This document shows, piece after piece, positions 19,235 through 26,780 of a stretch of DNA of 64,000 nt; positions within the stretch are counted from its first letter, which is position 1; each line of letters begins with the position of its first letter. The translations under genes and the position numbers were made by a program. Under the pieces are notes generated by a model. That model was not told the origin of the DNA. It searched no databases and was given only the letters and a program-made list of their open reading frames with translations. Origin of the DNA: a virus; IMG/VR virus record IMGVR_UViG_3300044970_001685, one strand, 5' to 3'.

Positions 19235-19528
19235 ATGATTAAAATATTTACATATTTAGATCAAGGATGTGAACCTTGTAAACATGTTTTGAATAATTTA
19301 AAACAGATTGAAAATTGGAAAAATTATTTTGAAATAGTTGACATATGTGTAGATTCTAGCAAAGAAGTCAAAAGTACACAAGAATCTGCATTTTCTGAAC
19401 AAGCGTTAAAATATAATATCACACAGGGACCAACTATTGTAATTGTTGATGGAGATAATTTTAGTATTGAAAATGTAAAGCCAGATAGCATGTCAGAAGA
19501 TTATCTGAGATCATTGATTGATCAATAA
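19235..19528 (+). CDS. Thioredoxin-fold protein
   Basis: CEPC motif; YNITQGPT cis-Pro loop. Confidence 0.7.
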   Translation: MIKIFTYLDQGCEPCKHVLNNLKQIENWKNYFEIVDICVDSSKEVKSTQESAFSEQALKYNITQGPTIVIVDGDNFSIENVKPDSMSEDYLRSLIDQ

Positions 19529-19624
19529 ATGGTTATCATTTATCTACGCAGATTTCGTAGGAGCAAAAGAAAACCACAATAATCTGTTATAATATACATA
19601 AAATAAAAACATTTACGAAACTAT

Positions 19625-19861
19625 ATGAATTTTACAGTTTATTCAAAAACAGGTTGTCCATACTGTGATAAGGTCAAGAATGTGCTTGACTTGACAGAAC
19701 AGAAGTATGTGATTTATACTCTTAATCAGGACTTTACAAGAGAAGAGTTCTATGCAGAGTTTGGGGAAGGATCAACATTTCCACAGGTAATTTGTAATGA
19801 CAAAAAAATCGGAGGATCAGTCGAAACAATCAAATTCCTCAAAGAACAGAAAATCGTCTGA
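19625..19861 (+). CDS. nrdC: Glutaredoxin (NrdC-like)
   Basis: GCPYC, TFPQV, IGG. Confidence 0.85.
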   Translation: MNFTVYSKTGCPYCDKVKNVLDLTEQKYVIYTLNQDFTREEFYAEFGEGSTFPQVICNDKKIGGSVETIKFLKEQKIV

Positions 19862-20072
19862 CACAAACATAAATAAACCAGAAGACCACTTTAACCGTGG
19901 CATTGAACTTATTCTTAATGGAGGGAAAAGAAAGCAGACTCAACCATTCCACATTATCTTTGAGAAGATAGTTTGCTTTCTGAATCGGGAAGTAACTATC
20001 TATTTTGAATTTTCCTTAAAGTCAAGGAAGAAAAAAGTAGTTTCCCGGAGAAAAAGAAATGTTAGCAGTTAG
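19797..20072 (+). CDS. Hypothetical protein (start uncertain)
   Basis: ORF overlapping the glutaredoxin 3' end. Confidence 0.45.
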   Translation: MTKKSEDQSKQSNSSKNRKSSDTNINKPEDHFNRGIELILNGGKRKQTQPFHIIFEKIVCFLNREVTIYFEFSLKSRKKKVVSRRKRNVSS

Positions 20073-20289
20073 CTTAGTATTCGGTTCATTTCTAACCATA
20101 TTGTTTCTTATAGTGGGACTTGTAACAGGTTGGGTGGCAAGAGAATATATGATGAACTATCGGGAAATTCCAAGACCACATCCTGAGATGTTTGACCATC
20201 AGGGAAACCTGATACCTGACGAAGTAATTGCATTTAATTTTGAGAACTATCATGACTACGACGAAGAAGACGACAGCAGCGACGACTAA
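20059..20289 (+). CDS. Small membrane protein, cyanophage-type
   Basis: N-terminal TM helix, HPEMFD..GN motif, acidic tail. Confidence 0.7.
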   Translation: MLAVSLVFGSFLTILFLIVGLVTGWVAREYMMNYREIPRPHPEMFDHQGNLIPDEVIAFNFENYHDYDEEDDSSDD

Positions 20290-20884
20290 AACAAAAACTA
20301 CCGCAACAAAGAAACCAGCAGCACCAAAGGCAAAAGTAATTGCAGAAGCGATTCCTGAACTTCCTGCAAATCCTTTTATCTTTGAGATCTTTAATGCTGC
20401 TTCAAAGCAAAGATCTAATGCTAAGAAGGTAGAGGTTCTTCAAAAGTACTCTCATCCTGCTCTTAAAGCATTGTTCATTTGGAATTTTGATGAGACTATC
20501 ACATCAGCACTTCCTCCTGGAGATGTTCCATACTCTGCTGTAAATGAGATGGATTCATTCAAAGGAACTTTGAGTGAAAAGATTGCTGATGCAGTTGAAA
20601 AAATGGAAGAACTTGGTTCTAATTCACTTGGATCACAAGATCAAGGACGTTCTTCTATTCGTAAGGAATATCAAAAGTTTTATAACTTTATCAAAGGTGG
20701 AAACGATGGACTGAGTTCTCTTCGTAGAGAAACGATGTTTATCAACTTGCTTCAAGGTCTACATCCACTAGAAGCAGAGATTATTTGTCTAGTAAAAGAT
20801 AAAAATCTGGAATCAAAATACAAGATTACAAAAGAAATTGCTTCACAAGCATACCCCGATATTATTTGGGGAGGACGTTCGTGA
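20252..20884 (+). CDS. Conserved T4-like cyanophage protein (DUF6433-like)
   Basis: LPPGDVPY...RRETMFI.LL.GLHP.EAE. Confidence 0.7.
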   Translation: MTTTKKTTAATTKTKTTATKKPAAPKAKVIAEAIPELPANPFIFEIFNAASKQRSNAKKVEVLQKYSHPALKALFIWNFDETITSALPPGDVPYSAVNEMDSFKGTLSEKIADAVEKMEELGSNSLGSQDQGRSSIRKEYQKFYNFIKGGNDGLSSLRRETMFINLLQGLHPLEAEIICLVKDKNLESKYKITKEIASQAYPDIIWGGRS

Positions 20885-21219
20885 ATCAAGTTATTGATAA
20901 AGTACAGGAAAAGCACATGGATCATTGGACATCAGCAGAAAAAGAAACTTGTAAGTCACGTTACGGTTGCGAAATTATGATTGAAAATGGTTCATATTCT
21001 GATGTATGTACAAAAGAAGCACCTAATGATGCATACATTATTAAGTATCTTGTAGAAGATAAAATCTGTTTTGACCTTACACGAGGTTCTAAAATTAAAC
21101 TTTTTGATATGTACTGGGATAAGTTTCGTGAGAACTTGAAGAGTATTGACTTTGGATATGGTAGAATCAATCCAAAACTCTGGGGATATAAATCACCCGA
21201 AAAGAAAAAGAGAAAGTGA
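20881..21219 (+). CDS. Conserved cyanophage hypothetical protein
   Basis: GTG start overlapping the upstream stop; FDMYWDK...GYG.INPKLWG. Confidence 0.65.
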   Translation: MNQVIDKVQEKHMDHWTSAEKETCKSRYGCEIMIENGSYSDVCTKEAPNDAYIIKYLVEDKICFDLTRGSKIKLFDMYWDKFRENLKSIDFGYGRINPKLWGYKSPEKKKRK

Positions 21220-21228
21220 TTTCAAAAA

Positions 21229-21257
21229 TGCTGGGAAAAAATCCCGGCAATTTTTTT
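21229..21257 (+). terminator. Intrinsic terminator
   Basis: TGCTGGGA-AAAAA-TCCCGGCA followed by ATTTTTTT. Confidence 0.75.
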
Positions 21258-21279
21258 ACCCCATAAGATTTTATAAAAC

Positions 21280-21295
21280 TGTATCGCATTATACA
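21280..21295. promoter_or_regulatory. NtcA-binding site
   Basis: TGTA-TCGCATTA-TACA matches TGTA-N8-TACA, just upstream of a sigma70 promoter. Confidence 0.7.
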
Positions 21296-21303
21296 GTGTA
21301 AAC

Positions 21304-21332
21304 TTGCTATATACTTTCAATAGGTCTATAAT
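21304..21332 (+). promoter_or_regulatory. sigma70-type promoter
   Basis: TTGCTA-17 nt-TATAAT; predicted TSS ~21339, at the first aptamer base. Confidence 0.8.
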
Positions 21333-21339
21333 GACCTTA

Positions 21340-21390
21340 CGTTCATTCGCTATTTGCGAATAGCGAACGGAAGTAAGCCGACTCGGAACG
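21340..21390 (+). ncRNA. Glutamine riboswitch-like aptamer 1 (glnA/Downstream-peptide class)
   Basis: P1 CGTTC/GAACG; P2 TTCGCTATT-TGCG-AATAGCGAA; joining region CGGAAGTAAGCCGACTCG. Confidence 0.75.
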
Positions 21391-21394
21391 AAGC

Positions 21395-21566
21395 CGTTCA
21401 TCTATGGAAGCATTTTTTTTAACTTGCCTTCAAGCTAATTTTATCATTGGAAGAGTAACTACTCATCCAAGATTAGATGCCCAGCAAAAAAATGATATTG
21501 TTTGGGAAGTAAAGCAAGTTACAAAAAAAGGTTGTTTCATAGACGCAAAAGCCGACTGAAGGAACG
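21395..21566 (+). ncRNA. Glutamine riboswitch-like aptamer 2 with a ~120-nt P2 loop insertion
   Basis: CGTTCA...CGCAAAAGCCGACTGAAGGAACG; P2 TCTATGGAAGCA (21401-12) pairs with TGTTTCATAGA (21533-43). Confidence 0.7.
21404..21559 (+). CDS. 51-aa ORF nested inside aptamer 2
   Basis: MEAFFLTCLQANFIIGRVTTHPRLDAQQKNDIVWEVKQVTKKGCFIDAKAD*. Confidence 0.6.
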   Translation: MEAFFLTCLQANFIIGRVTTHPRLDAQQKNDIVWEVKQVTKKGCFIDAKAD

Positions 21567-21599
21567 CTCTTTAATTTAAAAACCTAAGGAGAAAACCTA

Positions 21600-21737
21600 A
21601 TGTCTAAAGTAGTATATCGCGGCGTTGAATACGATACGCAAAAGCGTTTGGAGTATCAACAGCAGATGATGCAGCAACCCCAACAATACAACGAAACCTA
21701 TCGTGGTGTTAAGTTTGTAAAGGAGGGGCATAAGTGA
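21600..21737 (+). CDS. DUF4278-like peptide, Gln-rich
   Basis: AAGGAG RBS; MSKVVYRGVEYDTQKRLEYQQQMMQQPQQYNETYRGVKFVKEGHK with two YRGV motifs. Confidence 0.8.
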   Translation: MSKVVYRGVEYDTQKRLEYQQQMMQQPQQYNETYRGVKFVKEGHK

Positions 21738-21838
21738 TGAATACTTATTTTGTGCGTTATCTTAAAACAAAAGCAAAGAAGGAAAAACTTCTAAAAGCGG
21801 CTCAAATTAATATGGCAATGCAACCACAAGTTGCTTGA
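21737..21838 (+). CDS. 33-aa basic peptide
   Basis: TGATG coupling to the upstream gene; MNTYFVRYLKTKAKKEKLLKAAQINMAMQPQVA. Confidence 0.6.
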   Translation: MNTYFVRYLKTKAKKEKLLKAAQINMAMQPQVA

Positions 21839-21841
21839 AGT

Positions 21842-21879
21842 AAAGGAGGGTTGATCCCCTCCTTTTTTTATGTTAAAAT
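21842..21879 (+). terminator. Terminator whose loop is the -35 of the next promoter
   Basis: AAAGGAGGG-TTGATC-CCCTCCTTT plus T-tract; TTGATC-17 nt-TAAAAT with a TG extension. Confidence 0.8.
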
Positions 21880-21900
21880 AGATCGAGAGAACAATATCTT

Positions 21901-22074
21901 ATGGACAAAGACAAACTAAAACTCATCGTCCGTAATCTGGAACTTTTGGTAGATTCTCTGAAAGCAGAAATTTACTCTGATACACAGAGTTATCTTAACT
22001 ATGATGAAGTAAAAAAAGGATTACACCACGATTATGACGAAATCTTTGAAGACGATGATGGATACCCGGATTAA
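21901..22074 (+). CDS. Conserved cyanophage hypothetical protein (57 aa)
   Basis: MDKDKLKLIVRNLELLVDSLKAEIYSD...DYDEIFEDDDGYPD; below the track cutoff. Confidence 0.75.
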   Translation: MDKDKLKLIVRNLELLVDSLKAEIYSDTQSYLNYDEVKKGLHHDYDEIFEDDDGYPD

Positions 22075-22231
22075 TAGAGCAAAAAAACTTGTTAAGTTAC
22101 TTGAAAGACTTGTAAAACAAGAGCATCTCTATACAGCAGAAAAAATCATAGAGATGAAATCACAACTGCGAGTAGTTAAAGAAGAGATCGCAGAATTAGA
22201 AAAGAAAACTTCAAAAGGATTTGGTAAATGA
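22034..22231 (+). CDS. Coiled-coil hypothetical protein
   Basis: Ends KGFGK and is coupled to thyX; true start probably ~22055. Confidence 0.6.
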   Translation: MTKSLKTMMDTRINRAKKLVKLLERLVKQEHLYTAEKIIEMKSQLRVVKEEIAELEKKTSKGFGK

Positions 22232-22863
22232 GCGTAAAACTAATTAGTGTAACACCCGATGCTGAGCAAACAATGGCATATGTTGCTAGGGTCTCTAATC
22301 CTAGTAACCAAGACAATGAGAACTATGCAGGGTTACTGCGTTATTGTATTAAGCATAATCATTGGTCTGTTTTTGAGCAGGCATTTATGACGCTGGAAAT
22401 TGAAACAAATCGTGGTATAGCAGCTCAAATTTTGCGTCATAGATCATTTACATATCAGGAATTTTCGCAACGCTATGCAGATTCATCTCTTCTAGCAGAT
22501 TACATTCCAGTTCCAGATCTTCGTCGTCAGGATACAAAGAATCGACAAAATTCGATTGATGATATTGGAGATTATGAAAAACTAACACTTCAAAGCAAAA
22601 TTCAAGAGCATTTTGCGGAAGGTATGCGCCTCTACAAGGAACTTCTCTCTCACGGAGTGGCAAAGGAGTGTGCAAGGTTTGTATTGCCCTTAGCAACGCC
22701 CACACGTATCTATATGACCGGTTCTTGCAGGTCATGGATACATTATATCAATCTTCGTTCTGCAAACGGAACTCAGAAAGAACATATGGACATTGCTCTG
22801 GAATGTAAGAATGTGTTTTCCGAACAATTCCCAACAGTTGCAGAAGCTCTTGAATGGATCTAA
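22228..22863 (+). CDS. thyX: FAD-dependent thymidylate synthase
   Basis: RHRSFTYQEFSQRY signature. Confidence 0.95.
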   Translation: MSVKLISVTPDAEQTMAYVARVSNPSNQDNENYAGLLRYCIKHNHWSVFEQAFMTLEIETNRGIAAQILRHRSFTYQEFSQRYADSSLLADYIPVPDLRRQDTKNRQNSIDDIGDYEKLTLQSKIQEHFAEGMRLYKELLSHGVAKECARFVLPLATPTRIYMTGSCRSWIHYINLRSANGTQKEHMDIALECKNVFSEQFPTVAEALEWI

Positions 22864-22887
22864 ATAAAATATCTTGAAATTATAACA

Positions 22888-23136
22888 ATGCCAACGTACC
22901 CCGTAGTGAATACAAAAACTGGTGAACAGAAAGAAGTGGAAATGAGTATCCACGACTGGGACCAGTGGAAAAATGATAATCCAGACTGGACTCGTGATTG
23001 GTCCGACCCATCAACTTGCCCTAGTGCAGGAGAAGTTGGTGAATGGAAGGATAAACTCGTTGCAAGAAATCCTGGTTGGAATGACATTTTACATAAAGCA
23101 TCAAAAGCACCTGGTTCAAAAGTAAAAAAGATCTAA
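22888..23136 (+). CDS. Conserved cyanophage protein (MPTY-start family)
   Basis: MPTYPV.N..TGE; lies between thyX and phoH. Confidence 0.7.
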   Translation: MPTYPVVNTKTGEQKEVEMSIHDWDQWKNDNPDWTRDWSDPSTCPSAGEVGEWKDKLVARNPGWNDILHKASKAPGSKVKKI

Positions 23137-23137
23137 T

Positions 23138-23896
23138 ATGGCAAGAAGAAAAAGAGGCAACACTGATCAACCAATCGGAGTTGGTTTGACCGCAAAACAA
23201 ATGAAGAGGAGAAAGCCTCTGAGTTCTGATTACTTAATTGATATTGAACCTCTTACAAATAATCAAAAAAGACTTTTTGATTCTTATACTGAGGGTAAGC
23301 ATCTAGTTGCTTACGGTTGTGCTGGAACTGGTAAAACCTTTATTACTCTTTATAATGCCCTTCAAGATGTTCTGGATGAACAATCTCCTTATGAAAGAAT
23401 CTATTTGGTTCGTTCTCTTGTAGCAACTCGTGAGATTGGATTTCTTCCTGGATCTCATGAGGACAAAGCAGATATTTACCAGATTCCTTATAAGAATATG
23501 GTGAAGTATATGTTCCAAATGCCTTCTGATGCAGACTTTGAAATGCTTTATGGTAACTTAAAGTCACAAGAAACTATCAAGTTTTGGAGCACCTCATTCC
23601 TTCGTGGAACTACTCTTGATAATTCAATTATTATTGTAGATGAATTTCAGAATTTAAACTTTCACGAACTAGATTCAATTATTACTCGTGTTGGTGAAAA
23701 TACTAAAATTTGTTTCTGTGGAGATGCTTCTCAGTCTGATTTACAAAAAACAAATGAGCGCAATGGTATCATAGACTTTATGTCAGTGTTGCGTAAAATG
23801 CCTTCATTTGATATAATTGAATTTGGTGTAGATGATATTGTTCGTTCTGGACTTGTCAAAGAATACATTCTTGCAAAAATGGATGCTGGTTTTTAA
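23138..23896 (+). CDS. phoH: PhoH-like ATPase
   Basis: GCAGTGKT, IGFLPG, FLRGTT, DEFQN, GD..QSD. Confidence 0.95.
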   Translation: MARRKRGNTDQPIGVGLTAKQMKRRKPLSSDYLIDIEPLTNNQKRLFDSYTEGKHLVAYGCAGTGKTFITLYNALQDVLDEQSPYERIYLVRSLVATREIGFLPGSHEDKADIYQIPYKNMVKYMFQMPSDADFEMLYGNLKSQETIKFWSTSFLRGTTLDNSIIIVDEFQNLNFHELDSIITRVGENTKICFCGDASQSDLQKTNERNGIIDFMSVLRKMPSFDIIEFGVDDIVRSGLVKEYILAKMDAGF

Positions 23897-24576
23897 TGTT
23901 TAATCACATTGATATTGATCTCCCTCAGTTGGAGCGTGAAACAATTGATGGTGTAAGGTACTACAAAGTACCCACAGAAGAAGAACTCCTCCGACTGGTC
24001 TCCATCACTTCGGTGACCAGTCATTTTAATAAAGAAATTTTTATTAACTGGCGCAAAAAAGTTGGAGAAGAAGAAGCAGAGCGTGTTACAAAAGCGGCAA
24101 CAAGTCGTGGAACTGATATGCACCTTCTAGTAGAACATCATCTTAAAAATGAAAGTCTTCCAGAAGTTCAACCAATCTCAGATTTTCTTTTTAAAATTGC
24201 AAAAACAGACCTGAACCGTATAAATAATATTTACGCCCTAGAAGGGTCCCTATATAGTAAGCAATTAGGTATTGCTGGGACAGTTGATTGTATCGCTGAA
24301 TATGACGGCGAGTTAGCAATAATTGACTTTAAAACTTCTAAAAAACCAAAACCACGAGAGTGGATCGAACATTATTTTGTTCAATGTATGGCATATGGAT
24401 GTATGCTTTACGAACTGACTGGTATTTCAGTTAAAAAACTTGTAATCATTATGGCTTGCGAAAATGGAGAATGCGTCGTTTATGAAGAAAGAGACAAATC
24501 AAAGTACATCAAACTTCTCACAGAATACATTAGAAAGTTTGTTAGAGATAAACTGGAACTCTATGGAACCAAATAA
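23896..24576 (+). CDS. PD-(D/E)xK exonuclease
   Basis: RGT.MH; AGTVDCIAEY....IIDFKTS; Q..AY. Confidence 0.9.
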   Translation: MFNHIDIDLPQLERETIDGVRYYKVPTEEELLRLVSITSVTSHFNKEIFINWRKKVGEEEAERVTKAATSRGTDMHLLVEHHLKNESLPEVQPISDFLFKIAKTDLNRINNIYALEGSLYSKQLGIAGTVDCIAEYDGELAIIDFKTSKKPKPREWIEHYFVQCMAYGCMLYELTGISVKKLVIIMACENGECVVYEERDKSKYIKLLTEYIRKFVRDKLELYGTK

Positions 24577-24823
24577 AGAACTAGAACAGGCAATAGAAAA
24601 TAAGTTTTTAACACCTTCTAAATTTGCTCTTGAAATTGAGAACATTGTTGCATTAGAAGGTTTTAATTATATTGATGCAATCTGCCACTATTGTGAAATC
24701 AATTCACTTGAGGTAGAATCGGTTACGAAACTTATTTCAAAACCACTAAAAGAAAAGTTAAAGTGGGACGCAACTCGTCTTAACTTTATGAAGAGAACTT
24801 CGAGAGCAAAATTGCCTTTATGA
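24563..24823 (+). CDS. gp33: Late transcription coactivator gp33
   Basis: YIDAI.HYCE...LISKPLKEKL..DA..LNF; synteny with gp59 and gp32. Confidence 0.85.
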   Translation: MEPNKELEQAIENKFLTPSKFALEIENIVALEGFNYIDAICHYCEINSLEVESVTKLISKPLKEKLKWDATRLNFMKRTSRAKLPL

Positions 24824-25416
24824 TTGTGACTCCATTTGAAACTTATCAACATTATTTGTCACTCAAAAATCATTTCACAAATCCAAAATACGACTTCTTT
24901 AAATATGGCGCGAAAACTCGCGCCAGTATTACATCCTTTAACAAAAGGCGTGATAAATACTGGTTCGAAAAGACTTCACGCAAGTATTCTGATAAAGAAG
25001 TCGTAGATTTTTTAGTATCAAACTTTGTAGCATCAGATTCCCCTAGTAACTTATGGATTGGAGAAATTATCAATTCTGGCGAAAGAACTTACGCAGAATG
25101 GATGCGGAGACAACAGAGTTTGACTTACTTGTTCAAAGAACAAAGCAACGAATTGTTCTCGGAGAACGAATTACAGGATGTTTTCAACTGTTCCAAAGGA
25201 CATCCGAAAGTTCTCAAAAAGTTTCTAAGCGGGCAATTGTCGCTAGAAACTTTCACAATATACGAAAAAATATTTGGTTTCTCAAAAACTTTTGATAAGA
25301 AACTTGATGATCCTGTGTGGGAAACCGTAAGTTTGAAATTAAAAAAATATATGCCATTCCTAAATATTGATGTGTTCTCTTTTAAAAAGATTTTACGGGA
25401 AATCATAGATGAGTAA
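24820..25416 (+). CDS. gp59: Helicase loader gp59
   Basis: YLSLKNHF....YDFFKY...F.KR.DKYWFEK. Confidence 0.85.
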   Translation: MIVTPFETYQHYLSLKNHFTNPKYDFFKYGAKTRASITSFNKRRDKYWFEKTSRKYSDKEVVDFLVSNFVASDSPSNLWIGEIINSGERTYAEWMRRQQSLTYLFKEQSNELFSENELQDVFNCSKGHPKVLKKFLSGQLSLETFTIYEKIFGFSKTFDKKLDDPVWETVSLKLKKYMPFLNIDVFSFKKILREIIDE

Positions 25417-25741
25417 CTTTTTTGACTCCGATATTATTCAAGAAGAACTGAAAGAAATCAACAAGTTGCAAGAGGAGATTTACGGAAGTATTCTCACTTT
25501 TGGTATGATGGACCGTGAAACAAAACTGGAACATATTGAAAAACTGGAGCTCTTGCTAGAAAAGCAGAGAGTGATGTATACTAGGTTATCCCTTTCAGAC
25601 GACCCAACAGCGGTCGAAATGAAAGAGAATCTACGCAAATCAGTTGCCCTGATGGGTTTTCCACCAGAAACTGATCTGCAAGTTTTATTCAGTAGTATGA
25701 ACAAAACAATCGAATCCCTCAAGCAATATATTGACCGCTGA
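25409..25741 (+). CDS. DUF1825-like protein
   Basis: FF.SDIIQEE...YTRLSLSDDP.A. Confidence 0.7.
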   Translation: MSNFFDSDIIQEELKEINKLQEEIYGSILTFGMMDRETKLEHIEKLELLLEKQRVMYTRLSLSDDPTAVEMKENLRKSVALMGFPPETDLQVLFSSMNKTIESLKQYIDR

Positions 25742-25759
25742 GGAAATCCCTGTTATACT
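25731..25759 (+). promoter_or_regulatory. sigma70 promoter for gp32
   Basis: TTGACC-17 nt-TATACT with TG extension. Confidence 0.8.
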
Positions 25760-25802
25760 ATCCGAGTAATCCCCCGAATCCAATTAATCCGAGGTAATCC
25801 AA

Positions 25803-26738
25803 ATGTCGTTTTCCGACCTTAAAAAGCAATCTAAACTTGGCAATCTTACTGCCAAACTGGTTAAAGAAGTTGAAAAAATGAATAATGCAGGTGGCGGTTC
25901 TTCTGATGACCGTCTCTGGAAACTGGAATGTGATAAGAGTGGCAATGGTTATGCCGTTATCCGTTTCCTGCCTGCTCCGAATGGTGAGGACCTGCCATTC
26001 GTGAAACTTTACAGTCACGCATTCCAAGGTCCTGGTGGTTGGTATATTGAGAACTCTCTAACTACTCTGGGTCAGAAGGATCCAGTTTCGGAACTGAACT
26101 CCGAACTGTGGAACAACGGAACCGATGCTGGTAAGGAACTGGCACGTAAGCAGAAGCGTAAACTGACTTACATTTCTAACATCTACGTTGTGAAAGATCC
26201 TGCTAATCCCTCCAACGAAGGTAAAGTCTTCTTGTTTAAGTATGGTAAGAAGATCTTTGACAAACTCACCGCTGCAATGCAACCTGAGTTTGAAGATGAG
26301 GAAGCAATTGATCCGTTTGATTTTTGGCAGGGTGCTAATTTCAAACTGAAAGCAAAGAACGTTGCTGGTTATCGTAACTATGATTCCAGTGAGTTTGCCG
26401 CTGCTTCTACTCTACTAGACGATGATGATGCAATGGAAGCAATCTGGAAGAAGCAATATTCTCTTGCTGAACTTGTTGCTGCTGATCAGTTCAAGACTTA
26501 TGATGAACTGAAAAAGCGTCTAGACTATGTTGTTGGTAACAAGGGCACTCCTCGTTATCAGGATCCTGAAGATCTTGATGAAGAAGATAACACTCGCGGT
26601 TCTGTCAAGGATCTTGATGACGATCTTCGCAGTGAACTCAACAACCTTCAACCCACCCGCCGAGTTTCTACTCCTGTGGTTGAGGAAGATGAGGACGATG
26701 ATGCACTCAGTTACTTCGCCCGCTTGGCAGAAGACTGA
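25803..26738 (+). CDS. gp32: ssDNA-binding protein gp32
   Basis: DKSGNGYAVIRFLP, WYIENSLTT, GANFKLK, acidic tail. Confidence 0.95.
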   Translation: MSFSDLKKQSKLGNLTAKLVKEVEKMNNAGGGSSDDRLWKLECDKSGNGYAVIRFLPAPNGEDLPFVKLYSHAFQGPGGWYIENSLTTLGQKDPVSELNSELWNNGTDAGKELARKQKRKLTYISNIYVVKDPANPSNEGKVFLFKYGKKIFDKLTAAMQPEFEDEEAIDPFDFWQGANFKLKAKNVAGYRNYDSSEFAAASTLLDDDDAMEAIWKKQYSLAELVAADQFKTYDELKKRLDYVVGNKGTPRYQDPEDLDEEDNTRGSVKDLDDDLRSELNNLQPTRRVSTPVVEEDEDDDALSYFARLAED

Positions 26739-26780
26739 TCAGGTGCTATAATGAGGGGAGTGGACCTCCCCTCTTTTTTT
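26724..26780 (+). terminator. gp32 terminator overlapped by a sigma70 promoter
   Basis: TTGGCA-17-TATAAT (26724-52), then GAGGGGAG-TGGAC-CTCCCCTC-T7. Confidence 0.75.

Noticed and set aside
21340-21566. Mini-CRISPR interpretation of the repeated CGTTCA/AAGCCGACT/GGAACG segments
   Set aside because: Only two copies, with internal pairing typical of aptamers; no regular repeat-spacer period and no cas genes
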